64,000 nucleotides of DNA. Source: Bacilli bacterium (lineage in GTDB: Bacteria; Bacillota_I; Bacilli_A; RF39; UBA660). A program made the position numbers and the translations under genes. How positions within the stretch are numbered: position 1 is the first letter of the stretch; each line of letters starts with the position of its first letter. Below are positions 8,907 through 18,908 of the stretch, piece by piece. The DNA is taken from positions 45,741 to 109,740 of the forward strand of contig JAFXZI010000014.1 in NCBI GenBank assembly GCA_017541325.1, given 5' to 3'. The notes below the pieces were generated by a model that was not told the origin of the DNA, made no database searches, and worked only from the letters and a program-made list of their open reading frames with translations.

Positions 8907-10646
8907 CTAAATTTCGTTATCTCTTTTCTTTTTTTCTTCTTCTTCAAGTTTTGTATAAGCTATTTTACCTATTAAAGTTTTAGGTAATTTATCTCTAAAT
9001 TCATATTCATGAGGCCATGAATAACGAGCTAAGTTTCTTTCACATAATTCTTTAATTGAATCTAGTATTTTATCATTTTTAGGAACTCCATCTTTTAAAA
9101 CAATAAACGCTTTTGCAACTTGAACTTTATATGGATGAGGTACTCCAATAACACAAGCACGTAATACATCAGGATGTGATTCAATAATACCTTCAATATA
9201 TTGTGGATAAAGATTATATCCAGATGATACTATCATTCTTTTTAATCTATTCTTAAAGTAAACAAATCCTTCATCATCCATTGAACCCATATCTCCGGTA
9301 TGAAGCCAAATCCTTCCTTCTTTATCTGGTTTTAATACTTTATTTGTTTGTTCTGGATCTTTTAAATATCCTTGCATGACAGATGGTCCACAAATAGCTA
9401 TTTCTCCTTCTTTTCCATGCTTTACTTCTCTATTTGTACCATGTTTAACTATTTTATAAAGTGTTCCAGGATAGGGAATTCCAATAGAACCAGCACGATA
9501 ATCATAATATGGAGTTAAGCAACTAGCACCACTACTTTCTGTAAGTCCATATCCTTCTCTTACTTGAATATTTACTGCACCATGTTCATGTAAGAAGTCA
9601 TCTACTTTTTTCTTTAAAGAAATAGATAAAGTATCTCCTCCAGAAATAAGTAATTTTAAGAAAGATAAATCCATTTGATTTATTTCTTCATTTTTTAAGA
9701 ACGCTTCATATAAAGTTGGTACTCCAATAATAATATTGGGTTTATATTTCTTTAATAAATTATCAAATTCTTTAGCATCAAATTGTGGTATTAAAATACT
9801 AGTACCACCAAAATATTGAACTGTATGAATACATACTCCAAGTCCAAAAGCATGGAATATTGGAAGTATTGCTAAGCACTTATCTCCTGCTTCTAATTTT
9901 CCACAAGCATAGAATGATTGAAGAGCACCACTATTAAAATTATAATTTGATAACATAATTCCTTTAGGGTCTCCAGTTGTACCACCACTATATAGTACAA
10001 CAGCAGTTTCATCTCCATCAAAATCATCTTTAATTTCACCCCAATATCTTAAAGATAATCTCATGAATTTTCTCCATTTTATAATACATTTATTATATTC
10101 AATATTAGTTTTTCTTCCTCTAGTTAATTTATAACCTATCTTTAAAAAGAAAGGCATAGAATCAGCTGGACTTACTAAAATAACATTCTTAACTCTAGTC
10201 TCATCTATAATATGATTAATTTTATTAAATGCAGAATCAAGTGCAACTACATAGTTGCTTTCAGATACATTTAAATAATATTTAATTTCATTTTCAGCTG
10301 AAAGTGGATGAATCATATTAGCTACTGCACCTATTTTATTTAATGCATAAAAACTAATAATAGCTTCAGGAGTATTAGGCATACATATGCTTACATAATC
10401 TCCTTTTTGTACTCCTAATCTTTTAAATGATTTAGCACATTTATTTATTTGTTTTAAAAAAGCTTTAAAAGTTTTCTTTTTACCAAAATAATCATAACTA
10501 ATATAATTTAAATGATCTTGAGCAGATTTTTCTAATAATTTATATATAGAACAGTTAGGATAATCAATATTTAAACTTTCATCATCATAAAACTTTTTCC
10601 ATATTCTTTCATCTGTTTGTTTTTTCAAAGTAATCACTCCAAACAA
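8907..10646 (-). CDS. AMP-dependent synthetase/ligase (acyl-CoA synthetase family)
   Basis: 579 aa. AMP-binding motif VLYSGGTTGDPKGIML, plus the GYGLTES and GDMGSMDDEGFVYFKNRLKRMI blocks of ANL-superfamily adenylating enzymes. Confidence 0.8.
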   Translation of the reverse strand: MFGVITLKKQTDERIWKKFYDDESLNIDYPNCSIYKLLEKSAQDHLNYISYDYFGKKKTFKAFLKQINKCAKSFKRLGVQKGDYVSICMPNTPEAIISFYALNKIGAVANMIHPLSAENEIKYYLNVSESNYVVALDSAFNKINHIIDETRVKNVILVSPADSMPFFLKIGYKLTRGRKTNIEYNKCIIKWRKFMRLSLRYWGEIKDDFDGDETAVVLYSGGTTGDPKGIMLSNYNFNSGALQSFYACGKLEAGDKCLAILPIFHAFGLGVCIHTVQYFGGTSILIPQFDAKEFDNLLKKYKPNIIIGVPTLYEAFLKNEEINQMDLSFLKLLISGGDTLSISLKKKVDDFLHEHGAVNIQVREGYGLTESSGASCLTPYYDYRAGSIGIPYPGTLYKIVKHGTNREVKHGKEGEIAICGPSVMQGYLKDPEQTNKVLKPDKEGRIWLHTGDMGSMDDEGFVYFKNRLKRMIVSSGYNLYPQYIEGIIESHPDVLRACVIGVPHPYKVQVAKAFIVLKDGVPKNDKILDSIKELCERNLARYSWPHEYEFRDKLPKTLIGKIAYTKLEEEEKKKRDNEI

Positions 10647-10707
10647 AAAAATTCCTTATTCATAATAACATATAATACAAAAAAAATAAAGAAAACTTAA
10701 GTTTTCT

Positions 10708-11952
10708 TTATATTACTTCTATTGATTCTTCATATGATTTCTTTATTAGATAAAGCATTATAGAAGATGCTGATACATCAACTGATGCATGTTTTCCATT
10801 CTTTTTTATATATCGATAGAAAATATTACGATATAAATTAATGCTTTCAGTATCTTCTAATTTTAGACCATATAAAGTCTTCATAGATACTAAAGTTTCA
10901 TGTATAATTCTTTCTTTTTTTATTTTTATATTAAATTTCTTATTAAAATCTTTATAGTCGTTTAATATCTTTTCAGCTTGTTTATATGTAACTCCATATA
11001 TAATTGAAAAGAATGAAACCTTAAATAATAATAATTGATTATCATCATTCATAAGTGGGAAATCCTTTAATCTATTAAAAGTATTATTACCAATCTTTTT
11101 ATATCCCTCTACTCCAAACATCATTGTATTAACTAAATCTTTATCAGCATTATAATCTTTTTCTAAATTATCTAAACTATTTAGAATAGGAGGTACATTA
11201 TCAGTATAATATCTATTAATCATTAAATTAAATGAATAATCAATAAGCATTTTTAATTTTTGTTTATCAGTATCTCTTTTCTTTTTATAAATATATTCTT
11301 TATAATAATCCCACAATAATCTTCGGTAATTATTATAATTTAACAAAGAAAGTACAACATCAAAGAATTCATTATCACTTGAATAGTTTTCTAAAACATA
11401 ATTATCCATTAAAGAAACCATTTCTATAAATTTATCATTTCTTGATCTAAGTAGAGCTTTTACTACTTTACCTTTATCATCACTTTTAAAGACATTTAAT
11501 AGTAAATTTCTATATGATTCAACACTAAACTTATCAATTACATCTGCTGATAAAAAGTCAGATACTCTAAATTTATTAGACATAATAAGTTCATCGAATA
11601 ATTTTTCTCTTGTTAAAAAGATATAATCAATATATTCTTTTTCAGTATCATATAATATAAATAAATCTTTTAAATTACCTAAGTCATTTTTTTCTAAACT
11701 CATATAAATATATCTATTATTTCTAAAAGATGAAGAAGTTACTATTTGATAAAACTTACTATATTGATTCATATTTTTAATAGTTAGTATTCTTTTTACT
11801 ATAGAACCTGCAATAGATATAGAATATTCATCTGGGTAGTTATTTAAAGCTAAAAGATCTTGATTCATGATGGAAATAAATTCAGTATCACTTAATGATA
11901 ATGTTTCATCAATAGTTAAAGATAAAACTTTCTTCTTCATAACTTCACCCAC
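10708..11952 (-). CDS. hypothetical cytoplasmic protein (414 aa, helical, no recognised domain)
   Basis: Long ORF with no stops in AT-rich DNA. No signal peptide or TM segment. No motif I recognise. Confidence 0.5.
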   Translation of the reverse strand: MGEVMKKKVLSLTIDETLSLSDTEFISIMNQDLLALNNYPDEYSISIAGSIVKRILTIKNMNQYSKFYQIVTSSSFRNNRYIYMSLEKNDLGNLKDLFILYDTEKEYIDYIFLTREKLFDELIMSNKFRVSDFLSADVIDKFSVESYRNLLLNVFKSDDKGKVVKALLRSRNDKFIEMVSLMDNYVLENYSSDNEFFDVVLSLLNYNNYRRLLWDYYKEYIYKKKRDTDKQKLKMLIDYSFNLMINRYYTDNVPPILNSLDNLEKDYNADKDLVNTMMFGVEGYKKIGNNTFNRLKDFPLMNDDNQLLLFKVSFFSIIYGVTYKQAEKILNDYKDFNKKFNIKIKKERIIHETLVSMKTLYGLKLEDTESINLYRNIFYRYIKKNGKHASVDVSASSIMLYLIKKSYEESIEVI

Positions 11953-11984
11953 TTTCCTATTCTAAAAATATTTTATCATACAAA

Positions 11985-12010
11985 AATAAAAAAGAGTATT
12001 TCTACTCTTT
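11985..12010 (-). terminator. rho-independent terminator after yebC (end of the tad-yebC transcription unit)
   Basis: aaagagta(tttc)tactcttt hairpin about 25 nt below the yebC stop, with flanking A/T runs. Confidence 0.5.
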
Positions 12011-12034
12011 AATTATTAAACTAGTTTACACTTA

Positions 12035-12754
12035 TTAAGCATCTAAATTATGATATACATTTTGTACATCATCAATCTCTTCTAAGGCATCAGCTAAAGC
12101 TAATACTTTTTCAGTAGTTTCTTCATCAAGTGTTACAGTATTTTGGGCAATATATGTTATTTCACTTGTTATAAATTCTTCTACTCCAATACCTTCAAGT
12201 GCAGTTTTAACAGCAATAAAGTCTTCTGGAGAAGTATATATTTCATATCCATCATCAGTAGAAACTATATCTTGTGCTCCAGCATCAAGTGCAGTCATCA
12301 TAACTTCATCTTCATCATATTTTGAATCAATCATAATAAAACCTTTACGATCAAACATATATGAAACAGATCCATCTGTACCAAGGTTTCCTCCACGTTT
12401 TGTAAAAGTAGATCTTACAAGCATTGCAGTACGATTACGATTATCTGTTAGGCAATCAACCATGAATGCCACTCCTGATGGACCATATCCCTCATATCTA
12501 ATAGATTCATAGTTTTCACCTTCGTTAGACTTAACTGCTTTATCAATTGCTTTTTGAATATTATCTTTAGGCATATTATTACTTTTAGCTTTTTCAACTA
12601 CTAGTCTTAAATTAGGATTAGTTGCTGGATCTCCATTTGTTCCTTTAGCAGCTACATATAATTCTTTAGCTATCTTTTGGAATATTTTTCCTCTTTCAGC
12701 GTCTAATAATCCTTTTTTTCTGTGAATAGTTGCCCATTTAGAATGTCCACTCAT
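12035..12754 (-). CDS. yebC: YebC/PmpR-family DNA-binding transcriptional regulator
   Basis: 239 aa. N-terminus MSGHSKWATIHRKKGLLDAERGKIFQKIAKEL is near-invariant in YebC. Confidence 0.9.
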   Translation of the reverse strand: MSGHSKWATIHRKKGLLDAERGKIFQKIAKELYVAAKGTNGDPATNPNLRLVVEKAKSNNMPKDNIQKAIDKAVKSNEGENYESIRYEGYGPSGVAFMVDCLTDNRNRTAMLVRSTFTKRGGNLGTDGSVSYMFDRKGFIMIDSKYDEDEVMMTALDAGAQDIVSTDDGYEIYTSPEDFIAVKTALEGIGVEEFITSEITYIAQNTVTLDEETTEKVLALADALEEIDDVQNVYHNLDA

Positions 12755-12764
12755 ATTTTCCTCC

Positions 12765-13460
12765 TTAACTTAGTTTTAAATATTCTATTATTACCGGTGT
12801 AAGAATTAGTAATAATATTAATGGTATATAAAATAATACCGATATAACAGAAACCTTTACAGGTATCTTGTTAATGATTGCTTTTATTTTTAATACTTGT
12901 CTTTCTCTTATATAATCAATTTGAGTATATATATCTTCAATAATATCATTACCTAAAGTATTAGATTCAGATATATGAAGAATAATACTATTTACTTCAT
13001 CTGATGGAATTCTCTCTCTTAATGAATCAAGTGCTTCGTTAAGACCTTTTCCATATTTCATTTCTTCTAAAGTAATTTTAAATTCATTAGATAAATCATT
13101 ATCTACATTTATAGTTGCAACTTCTATAGAATCAACTATGCTTTTTCCTGATTCTAAGGAAAGTGCCATTACTTCAAAGAATTCCATAGCATTATACTCT
13201 AAATTATCTTTTCTTTTATTTATTGGAATCTCAATTAAATAATAAGTAATTAATTTAAAATAAATAAAAGTAATAATCGGACTAAGTAAATATCCCCAAT
13301 CAAGCATATATAATAACATGAAAAATATAATTAGAGAAGAAAAAGTTCTAAAGTTAAGAAAGAATATACTACTCATATTACTTTTTCCCATTTTTAATTT
13401 CTTTTCAAATTCTTCTATTTTTTTTCGAGGATAAATATAATACCAAAATTTATTTTTCAT
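12765..13460 (-). CDS. TadC-like type II secretion system F-domain membrane protein
   Basis: 231 aa membrane protein immediately after the tadB-like gene (4-nt overlap). T2SF-like region ...LSLESGKSIVDSIEVAT. Confidence 0.55.
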   Translation of the reverse strand: MKNKFWYYIYPRKKIEEFEKKLKMGKSNMSSIFFLNFRTFSSLIIFFMLLYMLDWGYLLSPIITFIYFKLITYYLIEIPINKRKDNLEYNAMEFFEVMALSLESGKSIVDSIEVATINVDNDLSNEFKITLEEMKYGKGLNEALDSLRERIPSDEVNSIILHISESNTLGNDIIEDIYTQIDYIRERQVLKIKAIINKIPVKVSVISVLFYIPLILLLILTPVIIEYLKLS

Positions 13461-14446
13461 AATTTCACCTCGATGTATACTATTTTTCTAATTATTATTA
13501 TATAGAATACATATAACATTATTATTAACACAAATGCTAAAAATCCTATGGTTGTAGTAAATAAAGTTACAAAGTATGCTGGATTAAGTAATAATAAGAA
13601 TAAAACTAATATCGGTGGCATTGAAACTAAAATACGATAAACGAATCTAGCTTGAGAAGAATTACTTTTAAGTTCTTCTCTTAATTTTTTTCGTGCTAAT
13701 GCATTTTTTTCAATAGAATCAAATACAGATACAATGTTTCCACCAGTTTTACTTAATACACTAATTGAACTAGTTAAGTATGTAGCTTCAACACTTTTTA
13801 CTCTTTTACTAAATCTTTTAAAAGCTTCTTCTATATCTAATCCAAATTTAATATCTTCACTTATACGTTTAAACTCTATAGATATAGGTCCTTGCATCTC
13901 TTTAGCAACTAAGTCTATAGCTTGAATAATACTTTTTCCTGATTTAAAAGCATTATTCATTATTACTATTGCTTCTGAGATATCATTATCTAGTCTATTA
14001 TCTTCATATTTTCCAAGTACATATAAATAAATATCATATAAGAAGAATCCTGCTAAGAAAGATATTAGAATATTTACGATAGTTAGAACATTTTCTTTAG
14101 CAAATGAATTACATATAAGTAATAATAAACATAATAATCCTATAAATATTTTTCTACTAATGTAATTCATATTTGTAAGAAGTTTTTTACTACCTGAATA
14201 CTTTATATATTTTTTACTATAATCATCAAATACATGAGTTTTTATTAGTCTCCTAGATAGTTTTTCTTCTATATTTCTATAACTACTTACTAAAACATCA
14301 ACAATAGAAAGAGTATCATTATCATAATCTACAGTATAATTATTAAATCTTTTAGTTAATTTATAACTGTTATATGATTTTATAAATAACCATACCAATA
14401 ATAGAATTAAACATATTAACAATAATACTAATAAATATAATTCCAT
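13457..14446 (-). CDS. TadB-like type II secretion system F-domain membrane protein
   Basis: 329 aa. TM segments flank a cytoplasmic T2SF-like domain (..NAFKSGKSIIQAIDLVAKEM.. and ..VLSKTGGNIVSVFDSIEKN..). Directly follows the CpaF-like ATPase. Confidence 0.6.
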   Translation of the reverse strand: MELYLLVLLLICLILLLVWLFIKSYNSYKLTKRFNNYTVDYDNDTLSIVDVLVSSYRNIEEKLSRRLIKTHVFDDYSKKYIKYSGSKKLLTNMNYISRKIFIGLLCLLLLICNSFAKENVLTIVNILISFLAGFFLYDIYLYVLGKYEDNRLDNDISEAIVIMNNAFKSGKSIIQAIDLVAKEMQGPISIEFKRISEDIKFGLDIEEAFKRFSKRVKSVEATYLTSSISVLSKTGGNIVSVFDSIEKNALARKKLREELKSNSSQARFVYRILVSMPPILVLFLLLLNPAYFVTLFTTTIGFLAFVLIIMLYVFYIIIIRKIVYIEVKL

Positions 14447-14459
14447 ATTTTACTCCTTT

Positions 14460-15812
14460 CTATTTTTTCTTAGTTGTAGTCTTTTTAGTAATTTTATTTT
14501 TTGCTTTAGATTCAAACATATCTAAAACAATTCCTTTATTTTTAATTTTTTCATATATTTTTGGTACATTTTCATAAAGAATAAATTCTCCGTTTACTTC
14601 TTTATTTTCAGTTATACCATGCTTTAAGAATGCAAATATATCTTCAATAATAATATTTTCTCCATCAAATCCAGTTATTTCTGAAATATTAGTAACTTTT
14701 CTTTTACCATCACTTAATCTTTCAACCGATATTACTATATCAATAGCACTATCTATATACCCTCTAATAGCTTTAATAGGCAATTCTACTTCGCTCATAA
14801 GAATCATTGTTTCAAGTCTATTTAATGCATCTTTTACTCCGTTAGCATGTAGAGTGGTTAATGATCCATCATGACCTGTATTCATCGCTTGTAGCATATC
14901 AAACGCTTCTTTACCACGAACTTCACCAACTATTATTCTATCAGGACGCATACGAAGAGAGTTTCTTACTAAATCTCTTATTGTTATTTCTCCTTCTTTT
15001 TCATAGTTTTCAGTTTTAGTCTCAAGTGAAATAACATGTTCTTGTTTAAGACGAAGTTCAACTGCATCTTCAATAGTAATTATTCTCTCATCATTAGGAA
15101 TAGATCCTGAAAGAACATTTAAAAGTGTTGTTTTACCAGAACCAGTTCCTCCACATATTAAGATATTTAATCTTGCTTTAATACAAGCATCTAAGAAAGT
15201 AGCCATATATGGAGTTAATGTACCATTTCCTATTAAACTATCCATATCTTCAACATCATCTCTAAATTTACGAATAGTTACAACTGGCCCCTTTACTGAT
15301 AATGGTGGAATAATAGCATTTATTCTAGATCCATCAGGAAGACGAGAATCTACCATTGGGTTACTACTATCAATAGTTCTACCTAGTGGTTGAATGATAC
15401 GACTTACTGTTCTTATTATATGTTCATCATTAATAAATGAAACATCATAATCACGAGATATTATACCATCTACTTCAATATATATTTCATCAGGAGAATT
15501 AATCATTATCTCTGTTACATTTTTATCTTTTAATAATTCTGTAATAGGTCCAAATCCATTTAATTCATTATTAATAAGATTTTTTAAATAGTCTCTTTGT
15601 TCATTTAAAAGATCATATTCAACTGCAATTCTATCTATTACTTCTTCTATATTTTCTTCTTCTATTTCATGAGAATCAATTAATTCTTGAATAATCTTAA
15701 TACGTAATTTATCAAGTTCTTCTTTATTCTCAAAAATATCATAATCAGTATTAGTATAAGTATTGGAACTATTATCTTCTAAATTGAACTCTTCCATCCA
15801 ACTATTATTCAT
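14460..15812 (-). CDS. cpaF: CpaF/TadA-type pilus assembly ATPase (VirB11/GspE superfamily)
   Basis: 450 aa. Walker [17 protein letters not shown], plus the [34 protein letters not shown] block characteristic of CpaF/TadA. Confidence 0.9.
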   Translation of the reverse strand: MNNSWMEEFNLEDNSSNTYTNTDYDIFENKEELDKLRIKIIQELIDSHEIEEENIEEVIDRIAVEYDLLNEQRDYLKNLINNELNGFGPITELLKDKNVTEIMINSPDEIYIEVDGIISRDYDVSFINDEHIIRTVSRIIQPLGRTIDSSNPMVDSRLPDGSRINAIIPPLSVKGPVVTIRKFRDDVEDMDSLIGNGTLTPYMATFLDACIKARLNILICGGTGSGKTTLLNVLSGSIPNDERIITIEDAVELRLKQEHVISLETKTENYEKEGEITIRDLVRNSLRMRPDRIIVGEVRGKEAFDMLQAMNTGHDGSLTTLHANGVKDALNRLETMILMSEVELPIKAIRGYIDSAIDIVISVERLSDGKRKVTNISEITGFDGENIIIEDIFAFLKHGITENKEVNGEFILYENVPKIYEKIKNKGIVLDMFESKAKNKITKKTTTKKK

Positions 15813-16563
15813 AATCTTCCTCCTCTACTAAACTACGTATATTATTACTAAATGTTTCATATTCTTTTTTAGCTTCACCAGTAAATATTTCATTAAAATT
15901 AATTATTTTTTCATCCATAACTAATTCATTATAATTATTTATAAATAATTTATTACTTATAGAATAATCTAATTTTTTAATTACTGTTTTTATATCATAA
16001 ATATCATAATTATCTTTAATATCTCGATATGATTTATTTAGTAGTACAACAACATTATCTACTTTCATATTTTTAGTTATAGAAATGAAACTCTTATTAA
16101 TTTCTAAATTATAAGCATCATCTCCAACTATATCTATAATCTTCATACTTTTATCAAAAAGAAGCATATTAAGTGGGCTTAAAGTATTATTTGTATCAAT
16201 TACTATATATTCATATGAATACATTAATAAATCTAAAACTTGAGACAATGCTTTTACATCTATTTTAGATGATAATCTCATATCTATAGGAGCAGGAATA
16301 AAAGATAAGTTATCTCTTACATAATAAGTATATGGAGTAGAACTTTCATATTTTTTATTTCTTAAATCATCACACATATTATAAATAGTCTTTTTAGGTT
16401 TAATACCTAGTGCAAAAGCAAGATTTCCTCCATATAAATCTAAATCTATTAAAAGAGTACTTTTATTTTTACTTAAAATATCTGCAATCATCATTGAAAC
16501 AGTAGTTTTACCTACTCCACCTTTCATAGATGTTACAGTTATTATCTTAGCTTTATTCTTCAT
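15805..16563 (-). CDS. CpaE/TadZ-like ParA/MinD-family ATPase
   Basis: 252 aa. Deviant Walker A SMKGGVGKTTVS at the N-terminus. Overlaps cpaF by 8 nt. Confidence 0.75.
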   Translation of the reverse strand: MKNKAKIITVTSMKGGVGKTTVSMMIADILSKNKSTLLIDLDLYGGNLAFALGIKPKKTIYNMCDDLRNKKYESSTPYTYYVRDNLSFIPAPIDMRLSSKIDVKALSQVLDLLMYSYEYIVIDTNNTLSPLNMLLFDKSMKIIDIVGDDAYNLEINKSFISITKNMKVDNVVVLLNKSYRDIKDNYDIYDIKTVIKKLDYSISNKLFINNYNELVMDEKIINFNEIFTGEAKKEYETFSNNIRSLVEEEDYE

Positions 16564-17341
16564 CTAACCAACTCCTATTTTTATTATAATTATTTATTAT
16601 ATTATTTTCTGTTAATAACATATCATATGATTTTACATATTTAATATTCTTAGTATTAATAATTAAATCTCCACTTAAATTATCTATTTCTTTTATAAAG
16701 TCTCCATTTAAATATAGACGTGCTTTGTTAGTACCAACTAAATCTATAATATTTCTTTCATTAACTGGACCAATTAAAATATCATTTAAATACAGACTAT
16801 TATTACTTATAAAGAACCTACTATTACCAATCATAAATTGAGTATCATCTAAATTAGTAAAACCAATTTCTAAAGAATAATTTTCTAAATCAAAATTCTT
16901 TATATTAATTACACCATTAATTATGTTGTAGCCTCTACCATCTAAACTATTTACTTCATTATTATTTATTTCAAAATACATTAAAATATTACTTGTATAT
17001 TTTACTTCTTTTTCTGATGTAACAGTATATTTATCCATACCTATAATTTTTCCAAATATAGGTTTTATATCTTTATGCGTTTTTATATAAATAGATCTGT
17101 TTTCTATTTTTACTTCATCTATAACGATATCTTCATCATTTAAACTATATAATAATTTAATATCTTCATTAGAAACATCAATCTTTTTATTTAAACTAGT
17201 TAAAATATCTTTATTAACGTTATCTAAATAATTTTTATTATAAAACATCAAAGATGAATCTATAATAAAAGCTAAAGCAAGTGTAATAATAGGTAGTAAA
17301 AGTAAGAATAATACCAGTACTTGTCCTTTATTATTCTTCAT
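16553..17341 (-). CDS. TadE/TadG-like pilus assembly protein (pseudopilin-like N-terminus)
   Basis: 262 aa. N-terminus MKNNKGQVLVLFLLLLPIITLALAFIIDSSL resembles a TadE-like N-terminal domain. Overlaps neighbours on both sides. Confidence 0.5.
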   Translation of the reverse strand: MKNNKGQVLVLFLLLLPIITLALAFIIDSSLMFYNKNYLDNVNKDILTSLNKKIDVSNEDIKLLYSLNDEDIVIDEVKIENRSIYIKTHKDIKPIFGKIIGMDKYTVTSEKEVKYTSNILMYFEINNNEVNSLDGRGYNIINGVINIKNFDLENYSLEIGFTNLDDTQFMIGNSRFFISNNSLYLNDILIGPVNERNIIDLVGTNKARLYLNGDFIKEIDNLSGDLIINTKNIKYVKSYDMLLTENNIINNYNKNRSWLDEE

Positions 17342-17684
17342 TATTAATAGTCCTTTCTACTTTAACACTATATGGATCTTTTATTATTCTATTAATTCCT
17401 GGAGTCATTAAATCAACATCTTTAGTAATAATAATTGTTGTAATAGAACCCTTATCAGTAATATCAACATTAATATTTTTGTATCCAATACTAGCTAGAT
17501 ATGACTCTATTTCATCATTATCACTATTCTTTTGATATAGTGAAATAACTTCATTACTAACTCCTTCTAATTTACTATTTTCAAGTATTATTCTTCCTAA
17601 ATCTAAAAATGAAAAGAGAAGTAATATTATTACTGGTAATATAAGAACAAATTCAATAAGTGCTTGACCCTTATTATTCTTCAT
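17331..17684 (-). CDS. TadE-like pseudopilin
   Basis: 117 aa. N-terminus MKNNKGQALIEFVLILPVIILLLFSFLDLG matches the TadE/TadF motif (G-Q-A-L-I/V-E-F, hydrophobic helix). Confidence 0.65.
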   Translation of the reverse strand: MKNNKGQALIEFVLILPVIILLLFSFLDLGRIILENSKLEGVSNEVISLYQKNSDNDEIESYLASIGYKNINVDITDKGSITTIIITKDVDLMTPGINRIIKDPYSVKVERTINNEE

Positions 17685-17746
17685 AATAACACCTTCCCTA
17701 TCTTACATAATTATATCAAACAAATAAAAAAAAGAGAATAACTACT

Positions 17747-18898
17747 TTAAATATCATGAATATTTATTGTAGTATCCTCTTCTGTATCTTTTCTAAATAT
17801 ATCTTCTTTTCTTAACCTATAATTACTAATTATTAACTGCTCTATATTTCTATCTAAAGTTATATAATCTTCTCTATGAAGGGTATTTATTACAAGTCCC
17901 CATATATTAGCTTCTTTAATTGGTTTTGTTTTTAAAGAAAGACTATATATTCCTAAAAGATCCATATTAAATAATTCTTCTAAAGTTCTTTTATCAATAT
18001 CTTTTATTTTTCTTAAAACAAAATCATAACTAGAAGATACAAAATGTTCAAATGCTCCTAGTAATTTATCTTTACCACCAATAGTATTTAATAACTGATT
18101 AATAGTTAAAGCAAAGAAATTATAATTTATCTTTCTAAAAGCTTCATTTTTATATAAAGATTTAGGTAATGAATCACTAGCTGGATCAAAGAAATAAAAT
18201 CCATCTGCTTCATATTTAGAATCTTCTATATAAATTACAGAAACATATTCAGTATCATCTCTTTTAATTGGAACAATATAAACAGGAATATTTAATCTAG
18301 ATAATATTTCTTTAAATAGATTATTAAATCCTAAAGAATTAGTTTTTCTAGTTCTAACTATATCTGGTAATCTATCACTACTAGTTCTATCTAAATCAAG
18401 TAATTTAACAAAATCATATACTTCCTTTACCTTTTCTAGAGGTGACATTTTCTTATCAATAGATAATATTACTATATTAATATATTCCTCCATCATTCTA
18501 TAATTTGGAAGAGTTGTTATTTGATAAGTACCATCTTTATAACTATAAGAAAATTTCCAAGAATCAGGATTTTCATAAGGAAAAGATAATAATTCCTTAA
18601 CTTCATCCGGATTATTATCTCTTAAAACTAATTTTTCGACACTACTATCAGTAATCATAGGAGATAATTCTAAAACATGTTTAATTGTTTCTATATCTCT
18701 AACTTGAACCTGATCTCTAAAAGTAACTTGCGCTACTGTATTTATAGAAAATAGCATTTTCTTTACTTCTTCTAAAGTGTCAGCAGTTATAGGGGTGCTG
18801 AAGTCTAGATTGGTAATTCCAATGTATTTTAGTAGTTCTTCATCAATTGTCCCTAAATCGGATTCGAAACCATTTTCCAACTCAAAACACCCTCTCAT
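17747..18898 (-). CDS. hypothetical cytoplasmic protein (383 aa) between ddl and the tad genes
   Basis: Long stop-free ORF with no TM segment or signal peptide. 10-bp gap to ddl and 62-bp gap to the tadE-like gene. No family recognised. Confidence 0.5.
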   Translation of the reverse strand: MRGCFELENGFESDLGTIDEELLKYIGITNLDFSTPITADTLEEVKKMLFSINTVAQVTFRDQVQVRDIETIKHVLELSPMITDSSVEKLVLRDNNPDEVKELLSFPYENPDSWKFSYSYKDGTYQITTLPNYRMMEEYINIVILSIDKKMSPLEKVKEVYDFVKLLDLDRTSSDRLPDIVRTRKTNSLGFNNLFKEILSRLNIPVYIVPIKRDDTEYVSVIYIEDSKYEADGFYFFDPASDSLPKSLYKNEAFRKINYNFFALTINQLLNTIGGKDKLLGAFEHFVSSSYDFVLRKIKDIDKRTLEELFNMDLLGIYSLSLKTKPIKEANIWGLVINTLHREDYITLDRNIEQLIISNYRLRKEDIFRKDTEEDTTINIHDI

Positions 18899-18908
18899 AA
18901 TTATTGTT

